64,000 nucleotides of DNA from Candidatus Omnitrophota bacterium. Lineage in GTDB: Bacteria; Omnitrophota; Gorgyraeia; 2-01-FULL-45-10. The DNA lies in NCBI GenBank assembly GCA_030695905.1, contig JAUYOL010000036.1:54814-118813 (forward strand), given 5' to 3'. The notes under the pieces are model-generated. The model made no database searches, had not been told where the DNA came from, and saw only the letters and a program-made list of their open reading frames with translations. Shown one piece after another: positions 8,569 to 18,566 of this stretch. The translations under genes and the position numbers were made by a program. Position 1 is the stretch's first letter. Each line of letters opens with the position of its first letter.

Positions 8569-9595
8569 CCGAGTAAAACTTTGCGTCCTTAAGACATCTT
8601 ATCAGGTTTTCAGCATATGCATCCGCGCCATCTCCGCTTATTTTAATGCCGATGCCGTGCCTTTCAAGCTCGTCCAACGGCGCGATATTGCCGTATATTA
8701 CAGGCTTGCCTAATACGGCTAATTCGAGTAAAACAAGCGGTATCTCTAAAATTCCTACCATCGGGCGCCTTACAGGCATGATGCCTGCCGCGCAACTATT
8801 AAAAAGCGCGGGCATATCCTCAACAGTATCCAGCAACGTAAAGTTTTCTACGCCATTATTTTTCAGCAATACGGCAAACTCTTTCTTTAGCTTCGCGTCT
8901 TCTTTCGTCCTCACGCGGCATGCCATCACGAATTCGGCATTTCGTATTTTTTTCGTAACCAGTAAAGCTATTTTCAGTAGCTCAGAAAATGAGTAGGAGT
9001 CATTTAATATCTTATATGTGCCCGGATATATTACGCGTGGTAAAGGCGCGTGTTTTAAATCGGAACCGCGCGGCGCGCCAAACCGCTGCGTCTCGACTCC
9101 CGGATAGACCCTGATTACATTTTTCACGCCGAGTGCGGTAAGTTTTTCTTTAGCGTAATCGGAGTGCACCACTACACGGTCGGCAAAGAATAAAGACGAT
9201 ATCGGCACGTTAGCGTTCTTATTAAATAAAGTATGTATCGAAGTTAATATCTGCACCGATTTCTTTCCATTCTTTTTTACGAATCTACTGTAAAAGCCGG
9301 AAAAATACGGCTGCGGAGTGATAAAAAATTGGAACACGTCTATTTTTTTAGCGATTAAGACTGTTATAAATAGCACATAAAGCTTCTGCAGAATCGACAT
9401 GCTGTGCCTGCCCGGCTTCTGGAAAAGCGAAGGAATAAATGCTATGTTTGTTTCCGGAGCAAATTTATTTCCAAGCGATGACACAAAATAAAATAAATGC
9501 TTTTTTATGCGCTGCGCAATACCCATGACAATATTTTTCGCGCCATCATTGTAAGGCGGACTGATAGGGGCCATTGTTATCGTAAATATCTTCAC
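8471..9595 (-). CDS. Glycosyltransferase, GT-B fold (family 1/4-like)
   Basis: 374 aa; C-terminal ...GILEIPLVLLELAVLGKPVIYGN... resembles the GT4 E-x7-E donor-binding region; N-terminal half is Rossmann-like. Confidence 0.5.
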   Translation of the reverse strand: MKIFTITMAPISPPYNDGAKNIVMGIAQRIKKHLFYFVSSLGNKFAPETNIAFIPSLFQKPGRHSMSILQKLYVLFITVLIAKKIDVFQFFITPQPYFSGFYSRFVKKNGKKSVQILTSIHTLFNKNANVPISSLFFADRVVVHSDYAKEKLTALGVKNVIRVYPGVETQRFGAPRGSDLKHAPLPRVIYPGTYKILNDSYSFSELLKIALLVTKKIRNAEFVMACRVRTKEDAKLKKEFAVLLKNNGVENFTLLDTVEDMPALFNSCAAGIMPVRRPMVGILEIPLVLLELAVLGKPVIYGNIAPLDELERHGIGIKISGDGADAYAENLIRCLKDAKFYSDVANKSQDGVKRCFTMDAMAAEYDKIYSEIGG

Positions 9596-11076
9596 TTTTT
9601 CCGCGCCTTTGGACTGATAAATACGTCCTTTAATCTTGATGCGATACCTGATTCGACTATCACCTTTTGAAATATTTCCGTGTAGTAAAGCCGCGCAAGG
9701 ATCTTGCTGATAAAAACCGGCAGCCCTATGCCACTGAATATGTTTTCCATCTCAGCTGAAAATTTAAGTTTTGTTTTCAGGGTATGTTTTTTCGCTTTTT
9801 TATTAAATTCATTATATAATTTTTTTCTTAAGCCGGCTGACATTTCAGGGGTCTCAAACACAGGGTTATTGACCCAGTGCGAAGAATGATTAAGATATGT
9901 TTCTTCTTTCTCTCTGAAATATTTGTTCTGTTTGACCCATTCATAAAGCTCGGTTCCGGGAAACGGTATGGGGTTATAAAATCTTATATCAAATACCGGA
10001 TATTTAACGGCCAATTGCAAAGATTCATAGGCGTCTTTTTCGGTCTCATGAGGCAGGCCCAATATAAAAAACAAAGTGACCATATAACCAAGGCCACATG
10101 CGTCGCTTATGGCCTTTTCCACGTCTGAAAGCTTTTCGCCCTTCTTAATAATGCTCAGCATCTTTTCGCTGCCGCTCTCTACGCCAAAAGCCAGGTAATT
10201 AAAACCCGCTTCCTTCATTGCGATAAGAGTTTGTTTGTCTATTGTATCTGCTCTTATCCCATTTCTGCAGCTTAGTATGAGCCCGGAGAGTTTTCTTTTT
10301 TTGATATCAGCGCATATATCCAATACCCTCTGTTTCTGAAAAGAAAAGTTGTCATCCACTATGTTGAATATCCTCATACCGTCTTTTTTATACCAGTACT
10401 CAATTTCGTCGACGACCGAAGACGGCGACCTTGTCCTTAACTTTCTCCCTATCGTGACCTTAACCGGACAAAATATGCAGCTATAAGGGCAACCTCTGCT
10501 TGTCAAAAGCGGTATGAAGCGTGGGTACTTATCCTTTTCTAAATATTCGTACTTTGGGAAGCCTATGTTATCAAGATCGATCTTGAAATCCCTGTCTCCG
10601 GAATACAGAACCTTGCCGCCTTCCCTGTAAAGCAACCCCTTTATCTCTTCCGGATTTTTCATACCGCTGCATAGTTCCAATATAGTATCTTCGCCTTCAA
10701 GCGCAACGCCATAATCTATTGAAATGCATTCTTCAAGGGTCCGCGCCCTAAAAGTGGATATGTGCGGCCCGCCTGCCACTATCTTTATATTTTTAAAGCT
10801 ATCTTTTATAAAATCGGCAAGCGCATAATGATCCCTATATTTGAAGCTCATCATACTTATGCCGATAAGGTCCGGATTGAACGAGCTTATGGACTCAAGA
10901 AGATCCCTATTGCTATAACCAAGGGACATGTCAAAGACCTTATGCGCTATTTTTCCTTTCTTTAACGATTCGGAAATATAGCCCAGGCCTGCCGGCAGCC
11001 CCACATATTCATAATGCGACTGCTTATAGTTCGGCCGTATCAGCAATACTCTTTTATAAGCATTTAAAGGCTTCAT
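9592..11076 (-). CDS. Cobalamin (B12)-binding radical SAM enzyme (class B)
   Basis: N-terminal Rossmann-type B12-binding domain (VLLIRPNY...DLIGISMM...). Radical-SAM cluster motif LLTSRGCPYSCIFCPV (CxxxCxxC). 494 aa. Confidence 0.8.
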   Translation of the reverse strand: MKPLNAYKRVLLIRPNYKQSHYEYVGLPAGLGYISESLKKGKIAHKVFDMSLGYSNRDLLESISSFNPDLIGISMMSFKYRDHYALADFIKDSFKNIKIVAGGPHISTFRARTLEECISIDYGVALEGEDTILELCSGMKNPEEIKGLLYREGGKVLYSGDRDFKIDLDNIGFPKYEYLEKDKYPRFIPLLTSRGCPYSCIFCPVKVTIGRKLRTRSPSSVVDEIEYWYKKDGMRIFNIVDDNFSFQKQRVLDICADIKKRKLSGLILSCRNGIRADTIDKQTLIAMKEAGFNYLAFGVESGSEKMLSIIKKGEKLSDVEKAISDACGLGYMVTLFFILGLPHETEKDAYESLQLAVKYPVFDIRFYNPIPFPGTELYEWVKQNKYFREKEETYLNHSSHWVNNPVFETPEMSAGLRKKLYNEFNKKAKKHTLKTKLKFSAEMENIFSGIGLPVFISKILARLYYTEIFQKVIVESGIASRLKDVFISPKARKK

Positions 11077-12179
11077 CGCTTCTCCATGAGCTGTGCATAC
11101 TGAGCAAGATAGTCGCCCGCTATCCTGTCCCAGCTGAAATTATACATGACATATTCTCTGGATTTTTTTGCCAGGTCCAGCCTTAAATCCGGCCTGGAAA
11201 GCAATGAACTCACGGTTTCGGCAAAAGCATTGTAATCGCCTTCCTTTATAAGAATCCCGTTTTTATTGTTATGCAGGGCTTCCGCGATACCATCCACTTC
11301 ATACGCTACAACAGGCAGAGCATTCATCCCGGCCTCAAGCACAACCAAACCAAAACCTTCAGCGTCATCCTTTACCTTAATATTAGGCATTACAAAAACA
11401 TCGCTTGCCGTAAATAATGCATTATAAAGACCGCTGTCATGTTCAACGTATCCCAGCCTGTGCGCCTTTCCGAAGAATCCCGACCTTCTAATGGCATTAT
11501 CTATCTCGGGCGCCTGCGGACCATCGCCTGCCACCAAAAAAAGTATATCTTTGTTTTTTTCATTGATCCTCGGCATCCCCTCTTCAATAAACTCTTTTAT
11601 GCCCTTTTTTGGCACGAGCCTGGAAACAGAAAGAATAATCTTTTTATCTGTTAACATAATCCCAAAATGCGCCGCTATTGCCCTACGGGCAATATCTTTG
11701 TCCAAACAGTTATTAATACGGCCCTTTATATCAATGCCATTGGGTATGACCGCAAGCTTATTCTCCGGAATGCCCCGCGCGGCCAGCCTTTCTTTTATAT
11801 AATTGCTTACACAAATTATCCTATCGAGCTTTTTTGCCGGACACAATACTAAAAGATCGTACAAAATACCCGCATACGCCGAATCCCTTCCGTGCGATAC
11901 AGACAGAACGGGCTTATTGAATAATATCTTGAGTAAAAATCCGAGAGGAGAAAGCACCAGGTCGCCTAGCTGAATAACATCCACCTTATTTGTAATTACC
12001 AATAAAACCGATACCATAAAGGCGTATGCCATAAAAAGCGGTAGAAAGAGCTGCGAGTGCCCCCATGCTATCAAATACACCTTATTACCTGCGGCAATAC
12101 TGTCATAAAATTGCCTGCTTTGGGTCTGCATCCCGCCTATGCTGGGTGGAAATTTACGCGTTATATATAAAATGTTCAT
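11073..12179 (-). CDS. Glycosyltransferase family 4 (GT-B)
   Basis: Canonical EGFGLVVLEAGMNALPVVAYEVDGIAE (E-x7-E) motif. 368 aa. Confidence 0.8.
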   Translation of the reverse strand: MNILYITRKFPPSIGGMQTQSRQFYDSIAAGNKVYLIAWGHSQLFLPLFMAYAFMVSVLLVITNKVDVIQLGDLVLSPLGFLLKILFNKPVLSVSHGRDSAYAGILYDLLVLCPAKKLDRIICVSNYIKERLAARGIPENKLAVIPNGIDIKGRINNCLDKDIARRAIAAHFGIMLTDKKIILSVSRLVPKKGIKEFIEEGMPRINEKNKDILFLVAGDGPQAPEIDNAIRRSGFFGKAHRLGYVEHDSGLYNALFTASDVFVMPNIKVKDDAEGFGLVVLEAGMNALPVVAYEVDGIAEALHNNKNGILIKEGDYNAFAETVSSLLSRPDLRLDLAKKSREYVMYNFSWDRIAGDYLAQYAQLMEKR

Positions 12180-13124
12180 TTAAGGCTTAGACTGCTCCTT
12201 TCTCTGCCTATACAGGATCTCTTCCGATAGTTTCCTGTTAGCGGCAATAATATCAGCCAGAAGACCTGTAAATATCAGCTGAGCTCCTATTATGGTCAGG
12301 ATCAGCGCCAGGATAAGAGATTGCACGTGCCCGCCCCTCTTTACTCCGAAAAAGAAGAAATACAGGTATCTGCCACCTAATATGGCTGCACCGCCTAAGA
12401 ATAACGACCCTATCTTAACAAAGAACTTCATCGGCTCATACATAAGATATATGCGCAATATCGTTGCAATGGACCTCAGAATATATGAGGCGGTATTTTT
12501 AATCAATCGCGATTCCCGCAGCTTTGGGTTTGCTTTTATATCTATATGCGCCACAGGGATTTCCTTCCTCCCCGCCTGAATCACCGTTTCCAAAGTATAG
12601 GTGTAAGTAGAAAATACATTTAACCGCAATGCAGCTTCTCTCGTATAAGCCCTGAATCCGCTTGTCACATCGGGGATAGCGGTATTCGAGAACTTCCTGA
12701 CCACCCAGCTTCCGAGCTGCTGCAAGACTTTTTTCAGCAACGAAAAATGCTGTATCGCGAACATGTCCCTGCAGCCTATGGTAATCTCTGCCTTGCCGTT
12801 TAATATAGGCCCTATAAGCCGCGGAATATCCTCGCCCTTGTACTGATTATCGCCATCCGTATTCACTATTATATCTGCGCCAAGAGCTAGGCTCTTTTCC
12901 AAGCCTCTCCTGAATGCCTCGGCCAACCCCCTATGCGAAGGCATGTCTACTATATAATCAACGCCCAGTTTTTTTGCGGTTTCAACGGTAGCATCGCCGC
13001 TCCCGTCATTTATGACTAATATTTTAATATCGTCGATACCTTTTATCCTTCTTGGTATGCTGTTTATAACTACCGGTAAAGTATTCTCTTCGTTATAACA
13101 CGGTATCTGAACTACGAGTTTCAT
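12180..13124 (-). CDS. GT2 polyprenyl-phosphate glycosyltransferase (DPM1/ArnC/CsbB-like) with C-terminal TM helices
   Basis: VVQIPCYNEENTL...ILVINDGSGDATVE...DGDNQY (DxD) typical of dolichyl/undecaprenyl-phosphate sugar synthases. Two C-terminal TM helices (IGSLFLGGAAILGG..., LILALILTIIGAQLIFTGLL). Confidence 0.8.
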   Translation of the reverse strand: MKLVVQIPCYNEENTLPVVINSIPRRIKGIDDIKILVINDGSGDATVETAKKLGVDYIVDMPSHRGLAEAFRRGLEKSLALGADIIVNTDGDNQYKGEDIPRLIGPILNGKAEITIGCRDMFAIQHFSLLKKVLQQLGSWVVRKFSNTAIPDVTSGFRAYTREAALRLNVFSTYTYTLETVIQAGRKEIPVAHIDIKANPKLRESRLIKNTASYILRSIATILRIYLMYEPMKFFVKIGSLFLGGAAILGGRYLYFFFFGVKRGGHVQSLILALILTIIGAQLIFTGLLADIIAANRKLSEEILYRQRKEQSKP

Positions 13125-13147
13125 CTTTCACCTCTCAATTTAGTAAA

Positions 13148-13942
13148 TCATTTTTCTAAAATAAACAAATTACTTCCAGCGCAAATATATGGAAAAAACT
13201 TTTCTAAAATATTACCCCATTTAACTGCAAGCTTGCTTTCGCCGTCATACGTATTTTTGTCTCTAAAGAAAGATGAAAATTCCACCAAAGAAAATGTATG
13301 ATCTATCGGCTTATGAAGGACTACCCTATACCCTGCTTCATTAAATTTTGCCATTAATTTTTTCGGGGCAAAATATTTCTGATAATAATACACCTTCTTT
13401 TCTTTTGAAAAAATACTCCTTAAAAATGGAGATCTCTTCAGCCATACAATCGGGCTCTTAATGATAGTAAAAATATTTCTGTGAGGAACCGTTACAAGCG
13501 CTGTCCCCCCTTTTTTAAGCACCCTATACGCTTCCCTTAAGGCAGCATTCGGACCTTCTATGAAATGCTCAATCACCCCGAATGAGATATATGTATCTAA
13601 ACTTTCGTCCTGAAACGGCAATGTCCTGACGTCGGCTGTGGCTAAACGAATATCGGGGTTGTAACTTTTCGCCTGCCTTATAGTAGGTTCGTTGTAATCG
13701 ATACCTATTATATTGTAACCTTTGGAACGAAGATATCCCACCCACTGCCCCAGGCCGCATCCTGCTTCCAGCACTAATCCCTTTTTCGGAAGATAATTGA
13801 GATATACGTCGATTATCTTTTTGACTCTAGGATAATCGAATATTTCATTGATGGATTTAAGGTCCACCTTGCTCCAATTAAGTTCCCACGACTTCTTGGT
13901 ATCTGATTCTATTTTCTTACAGAGCTCTCTTTGAATATCCAT
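13148..13942 (-). CDS. Class I SAM-dependent methyltransferase
   Basis: VLEAGCGLGQWVGYL...IGIDYNEP (motif I GxGxG plus acidic motif II). Confidence 0.7.
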   Translation of the reverse strand: MDIQRELCKKIESDTKKSWELNWSKVDLKSINEIFDYPRVKKIIDVYLNYLPKKGLVLEAGCGLGQWVGYLRSKGYNIIGIDYNEPTIRQAKSYNPDIRLATADVRTLPFQDESLDTYISFGVIEHFIEGPNAALREAYRVLKKGGTALVTVPHRNIFTIIKSPIVWLKRSPFLRSIFSKEKKVYYYQKYFAPKKLMAKFNEAGYRVVLHKPIDHTFSLVEFSSFFRDKNTYDGESKLAVKWGNILEKFFPYICAGSNLFILEK

Positions 13943-14721
13943 TTTTTATCTTTCAAATTCTGTCTGAATAACCGCCTGTTAGAGGCGTATACTGAAAAAG
14001 TGTTTTCTTTTGCCAGAGGCAGCATCTGAACCTTTCCGCCAGCCCCGGTAACAATTGCAACCCCAGCGGCGACGTCCCATAGCATTATATTATTTTCACG
14101 GTAAACATCCGCTCTGCCTGCCGCGACATAGGCTAGCGACAAAGCAGCGGACCCGATCAAACGGACTTTTTTATAGCTTTGAATTTGCTTGGTAAATTTT
14201 AATATACCGCCGGATGAAAAATCGGCGCTCACTGGAAAACCCGTACAAAGTACGGCGTTTGCTTCTTTGGAAACAGCGCTCACTCTTATCCGTCTTTGGT
14301 TCAAGAACGCAATTTTACCGGCTATGCCGGAAAAAAGTTCATTTTTATTGAAGTCGTAAATTACTCCCAACAAAGGCTCCTCGCCCCTCCACAGACCTAC
14401 AGAAACGCAGCTTATAGGAATCCCGCGTAAAAAATTCATAGTTCCATCAAGCGGGTCAATAATCCAAAGAAAACGCTTTTCAGAATTTCCCGGCAGAAAC
14501 CCTCTTTCTTCTGTAAGAATATCAAATTCAGATTTGGCTCTTAACATATTTACGATGATCTTTTCTGAATGTAAATCAGCGGAGATCTTTACATCTTTCC
14601 CGAGATCGGCCAGGATTTTATTGTCTTTTATTTTCGTCCGAGACAAAAACGCGCCGGCGCCGCGCGCCGCCTTTTCAGCGATAAATAACCATTTCTCTAG
14701 CTCATGCATTTCCCTAGTCAT
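13909..14721 (-). CDS. Inositol-monophosphatase family phosphatase (IMPase/SuhB/CysQ fold), putative sugar-phosphate phosphatase
   Basis: WIIDPLDGTMNF (DPxDGT) and upstream E-E metal-binding residues. C-terminal WDVAAG motif of the IMPase family. Confidence 0.75.
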   Translation of the reverse strand: MTREMHELEKWLFIAEKAARGAGAFLSRTKIKDNKILADLGKDVKISADLHSEKIIVNMLRAKSEFDILTEERGFLPGNSEKRFLWIIDPLDGTMNFLRGIPISCVSVGLWRGEEPLLGVIYDFNKNELFSGIAGKIAFLNQRRIRVSAVSKEANAVLCTGFPVSADFSSGGILKFTKQIQSYKKVRLIGSAALSLAYVAAGRADVYRENNIMLWDVAAGVAIVTGAGGKVQMLPLAKENTFSVYASNRRLFRQNLKDKKWIFKESSVRK

Positions 14722-15644
14722 TAATATTTCCTTAAAGCTTCGATAAGGTTTTTGACCGCTTCCATTTCCATCCGCTTTCTACACTCAACCGTGTAAGAAC
14801 CAACGTGGGGGGTAAGCATAACTTGCGGATATTTTATCAACGGCCCAGCATATGGCTCCTCTTCAAATACATCAAGCCATGCCCCTGCAATGCGTTTTTC
14901 CTCCAGCGCCTTTACGAGAGCGTCTTCATTTACAGCTCCGCCGCGTGCCGCATTAAGGATAAATGCGCCTTTTTTTATCTTCCGCAATTCATTCTTTCCA
15001 ATAATACAATTGTTCCCACTGGAATGTATACTGATAATATCGGCTTCTGACAATGCCTTCTCAAGCGATAGGGTTGTTACATTAGCATCGCTATTCTTTA
15101 TAAGCGGGTCTACTACCAATACCCTTACTCTAAAAGGTATAAGCAGCTGGCTTAATCTTCTGCCTATGCGCCCAAAACCTACGATTACCACTGTCTTCCC
15201 TTCAAGCAGGAAGCCTATCCGCTTGGCCCATCTGCCTTTATGAAGTTCATTGTCCATAAAAGGCACGGCCCTTATAAGACTCAGTATGGCTGCCAGTGTA
15301 AGTTCGGCAACAGAATTTACTGGAGCGTCCGGAGTTGAACATACTGTAATTCCTAATTCCTCGGCTGCCGCAAGATCCACATTAGACATCCCGGAACCAC
15401 ATCTGGATATAACCTTTAATCTGGATTTAGACATTATTTCTTTGTCTAGAATTTCTAATCCTGCAATCAAACCTGTTATGCCCTTTGACAATAATCCTAA
15501 CAGTTCAGGTTTTGTTAGCCGGCGCTTATAAGGATTATCCATTACTTCACACCCTGCATTTTTAAGCATATCTAAGGGTTCCGTGTCAGTAGCTGCAAAA
15601 GATGAGGTGCTTATAAGTATCTTTTCTCCGAAAAATTGCTTCAT
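14721..15644 (-). CDS. D-isomer-specific 2-hydroxyacid dehydrogenase (phosphoglycerate-dehydrogenase-like)
   Basis: GKTVVIVGFGRIGRRL NAD-binding motif. ...RGGAVNEDAL...H catalytic region typical of the family. Confidence 0.75.
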   Translation of the reverse strand: MKQFFGEKILISTSSFAATDTEPLDMLKNAGCEVMDNPYKRRLTKPELLGLLSKGITGLIAGLEILDKEIMSKSRLKVISRCGSGMSNVDLAAAEELGITVCSTPDAPVNSVAELTLAAILSLIRAVPFMDNELHKGRWAKRIGFLLEGKTVVIVGFGRIGRRLSQLLIPFRVRVLVVDPLIKNSDANVTTLSLEKALSEADIISIHSSGNNCIIGKNELRKIKKGAFILNAARGGAVNEDALVKALEEKRIAGAWLDVFEEEPYAGPLIKYPQVMLTPHVGSYTVECRKRMEMEAVKNLIEALRKY

Positions 15645-15651
15645 ACAAACA

Positions 15652-16263
15652 TTATCCTTTTCGTTTTTTAAACCACATCCAGGTATAGATAAGATGGTCC
15701 ATTATCATGTGGATATCCTCAACGGGCCCATATTCGCCTTTCGGCGTATTCACATGTACGCAGATATCGCTTATTTCCTTTAATTTACCTCCGTCAAAGC
15801 CGACAAGGCCTATAACTCTGCCTCCTCGTTTTTTGACCCATCTTGCGGCATTTACAACATTAGGGGAATTGCCGCTTGCCGAAATGGCTACAAGCTTATC
15901 GCCCCGCTTGTAATAGAGATTGAGCTGTCTGATAAAAATATTGTCATAACCGGAATCGTTTGCAATGGCAGTTATGGATGAAACATTGTCGGTAAGAGAT
16001 ATTGCGCGAAACGGCAGCTTCTCATCCTTGCGCGTCCCTAATCCAAAATCGTTTGCCATGTGCGAAGCCGTTGATGCAGAGCCGCCGTTGCCTATGAAAA
16101 ACACGGTATTGCGATTTTTATGCGCCTTGTCAAATTCCCTGACGATACCTTCTATCACACCCATGTCAAGCCGGTCCATCAGGCCGCACAGATACCTGAA
16201 ATAACCCTTGCTGAACTGGTGTATATCGGCCGAGTTATTAAAAAGAGTTTCTATATTTTCCAT
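15652..16263 (-). CDS. gmhA: SIS-domain sedoheptulose-7-phosphate isomerase (GmhA-like)
   Basis: 203 aa; VFFIGNGGSASTASHMANDF and AISASGNSPNVV match the GmhA phosphoheptose isomerase signature. Confidence 0.7.
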   Translation of the reverse strand: MENIETLFNNSADIHQFSKGYFRYLCGLMDRLDMGVIEGIVREFDKAHKNRNTVFFIGNGGSASTASHMANDFGLGTRKDEKLPFRAISLTDNVSSITAIANDSGYDNIFIRQLNLYYKRGDKLVAISASGNSPNVVNAARWVKKRGGRVIGLVGFDGGKLKEISDICVHVNTPKGEYGPVEDIHMIMDHLIYTWMWFKKRKG

Positions 16264-16278
16264 AATCCTCTTCGCCTT

Positions 16279-17007
16279 TCATTTTTGCCTTATAAAGATA
16301 AGATTTGAATACTTATCGTCAAGACGGTGCTGTTGAGATTTTTCAAACCCGATGGCTGTCAGGAAATTTGTTATTTTACTATACCGCTCCGTATCGGATT
16401 CAATCAATATACTTTTTACTCTGGGGAGTAATTTCACGGCCCCCTGCAATATCTCATATTCATTACCATCAACATCAAGTTTTATATGATCTATCTGCGG
16501 CAAGTTGAATTCCTCCGCAAAATCATCCAGCGAGTAAGAAAGAACGTGCTGGATCCAGTTATCGCCTATTACTGTATTTACAATAGTATTGCAAGATCCG
16601 CCTTCGGACGTCTGATTATATGAAAAAGCGTTTATGCGCTTATCGCTGTACAAGGCGATATTAAACGGAATAATACTGGTAAACCTGTTTGCTAGTATGT
16701 TTTTCTCCAGCATATAAAAATTAAAAATGGACGGCTCAAAGGCATAAACAAGCCTGCAGTATCTGGATGCTACCAAAGAGTACGCGCCTACGTTGGCCCC
16801 GATATCAACAAAAACGTCATTTTTCCCGAACGTTTCTATCCATTTTATGGTCCCCGGTTCCTTGGCGCATGAATTAAGGCGCAGATTATCACACATCAGG
16901 ATATCGAATTTCGCGTAATCTAATTTATGAATGATTTTAATCTTTTTGATTGTGTCCGCTACAATAGATTTTGACCTGTTTTTTAAAGAATTCCACGATA
17001 GCTTCAT
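16279..17007 (-). CDS. FkbM-family SAM-dependent methyltransferase
   Basis: VFVDIGANVGAYSL...AFEPSIFNFYMLEKNI is the FkbM-domain signature. Confidence 0.7.
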   Translation of the reverse strand: MKLSWNSLKNRSKSIVADTIKKIKIIHKLDYAKFDILMCDNLRLNSCAKEPGTIKWIETFGKNDVFVDIGANVGAYSLVASRYCRLVYAFEPSIFNFYMLEKNILANRFTSIIPFNIALYSDKRINAFSYNQTSEGGSCNTIVNTVIGDNWIQHVLSYSLDDFAEEFNLPQIDHIKLDVDGNEYEILQGAVKLLPRVKSILIESDTERYSKITNFLTAIGFEKSQQHRLDDKYSNLIFIRQK

Positions 17008-17031
17008 TCAGATATCCTCCTAAGCAAGTTA

Positions 17032-18561
17032 CTATGCCTTCTCTTTGGTAAAATCCCAAACTGCCTCTTTTCTGGTGATAAAGTAAAAGATTTTCCTCAA
17101 AAGACTATAAAGCCTGCGGGAAAACACGCTATCATTTTCTGCCAGACCAATCAATGGATAAAATATTTTGGGTAATTTTAAATACATCTGAAAAGTTTTG
17201 AAAATACCGTTCAGCTCTTTTCTGGACACGTCTTTTAAGTTAAGGCAGGAGTCTGTCCTGTAACCGTCCTCGAACTCTCTTTCTTTTGATATATCAAAAA
17301 TATTTTCTTGAACACACAGGCCTCTAACCTTTGTGCCGCGATAGGGATGTAAAAAGGTAAGCGTGGTAGTCGTAGGGTTGGCCTTCCGGTTTAATTCAAT
17401 GGTTTCAAATATATTTTTCCTGGTCTCATGCGGTATACCTATGATATTGAAAGATGAGCTGCGCACTTTATATTTATGCGCCAATTTAAAAACATTGATA
17501 ATATGCTCATCGGAACAACGACGCTCAAAAATCTCTTCCCTTATTTTTGGATTACCGGACTCGAGCCCGACGCAAATATTGCGGCAGCCGGCGTCAACAA
17601 GTTTGGCAAACTGTTTCTCTCGGACCAGCTCTGCGTGTAAACTTACATTGAAAGGGATCTTTACGTTCTTTTTATAAAGACGACAGAACTCGTCCAAAAC
17701 ATCCTCTTTGTGCAGAGGAAAAATATCATCTACAAAGAACGCAAAATTAAGATTATATTTTTCCTTGCATTCCGCTATCTCTTTAACCGCCAGATCCGGG
17801 CGTTTTATACGATATAGCGCACCCTTGTTTTTATAGATATTGGACAGGGCAAAATTGGCGCAATAAGTACAGCGGAAAAGACAACCGCGCGTGAGAGAAA
17901 ATATACCCATGCGGTACATCTTACCCCCCAGGGGACGTATTAAATGGCGCTCGTCAAACAAGCTCCAGTCAGGTTGCAGCAAAGAATCCAGATCGATGAG
18001 CGACCGCACATCATTACGATAGACTTTCCCATTGTGTTTTATCCATATATTGCCGACGTTTAGGATGTCTTTGCCTTCAGCGAATTTTGAGCACAATTCC
18101 GGAACGGCTTCTTCGCCTTCTCCGACGCAGATAGCATCCACGCAATCTTCAGCGATAACTTCCTCGGGAGAAAAAGTGACCGTAGGTCCGCCGAACAAAA
18201 CAAAGATATTCTTATAGTCCCTCTTTATCGCCCTCGCAAGCTCTAAACCAAAACGGTAATTAGGGTCAACGACGCTGATACCGACGACATCCGGAACGCA
18301 CTTTTCTATTTTTTTAAAAAGTTCGCCGATAACATCCGCCTCCTGCTCAATAATATTGTATTCAGAGAAGTCGGGATTACGCACCTGCAGAGAATATGCC
18401 CTTAATTGATCATCGCTGACGCCGCTACCGCATTTCACAAAAGTCGTGTCAAAAACATCCACCTGATGCCCGGCGGCCTTAAGATAAGAGATTAGATATC
18501 CTACCCCCAGCGGCATGCGGGTCGTCATCGTTTTATTGGGATATATAAGTAAAATCTTCAT
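17032..18561 (-). CDS. Cobalamin (B12)-binding radical SAM enzyme (class B)
   Basis: MKILLIYPN...PDVVGISVV B12-binding Rossmann region. FSLTRGCLFRCTYCAN radical-SAM motif. 509 aa. Confidence 0.8.
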   Translation of the reverse strand: MKILLIYPNKTMTTRMPLGVGYLISYLKAAGHQVDVFDTTFVKCGSGVSDDQLRAYSLQVRNPDFSEYNIIEQEADVIGELFKKIEKCVPDVVGISVVDPNYRFGLELARAIKRDYKNIFVLFGGPTVTFSPEEVIAEDCVDAICVGEGEEAVPELCSKFAEGKDILNVGNIWIKHNGKVYRNDVRSLIDLDSLLQPDWSLFDERHLIRPLGGKMYRMGIFSLTRGCLFRCTYCANFALSNIYKNKGALYRIKRPDLAVKEIAECKEKYNLNFAFFVDDIFPLHKEDVLDEFCRLYKKNVKIPFNVSLHAELVREKQFAKLVDAGCRNICVGLESGNPKIREEIFERRCSDEHIINVFKLAHKYKVRSSSFNIIGIPHETRKNIFETIELNRKANPTTTTLTFLHPYRGTKVRGLCVQENIFDISKEREFEDGYRTDSCLNLKDVSRKELNGIFKTFQMYLKLPKIFYPLIGLAENDSVFSRRLYSLLRKIFYFITRKEAVWDFTKEKA

Positions 18562-18566
18562 AATCC

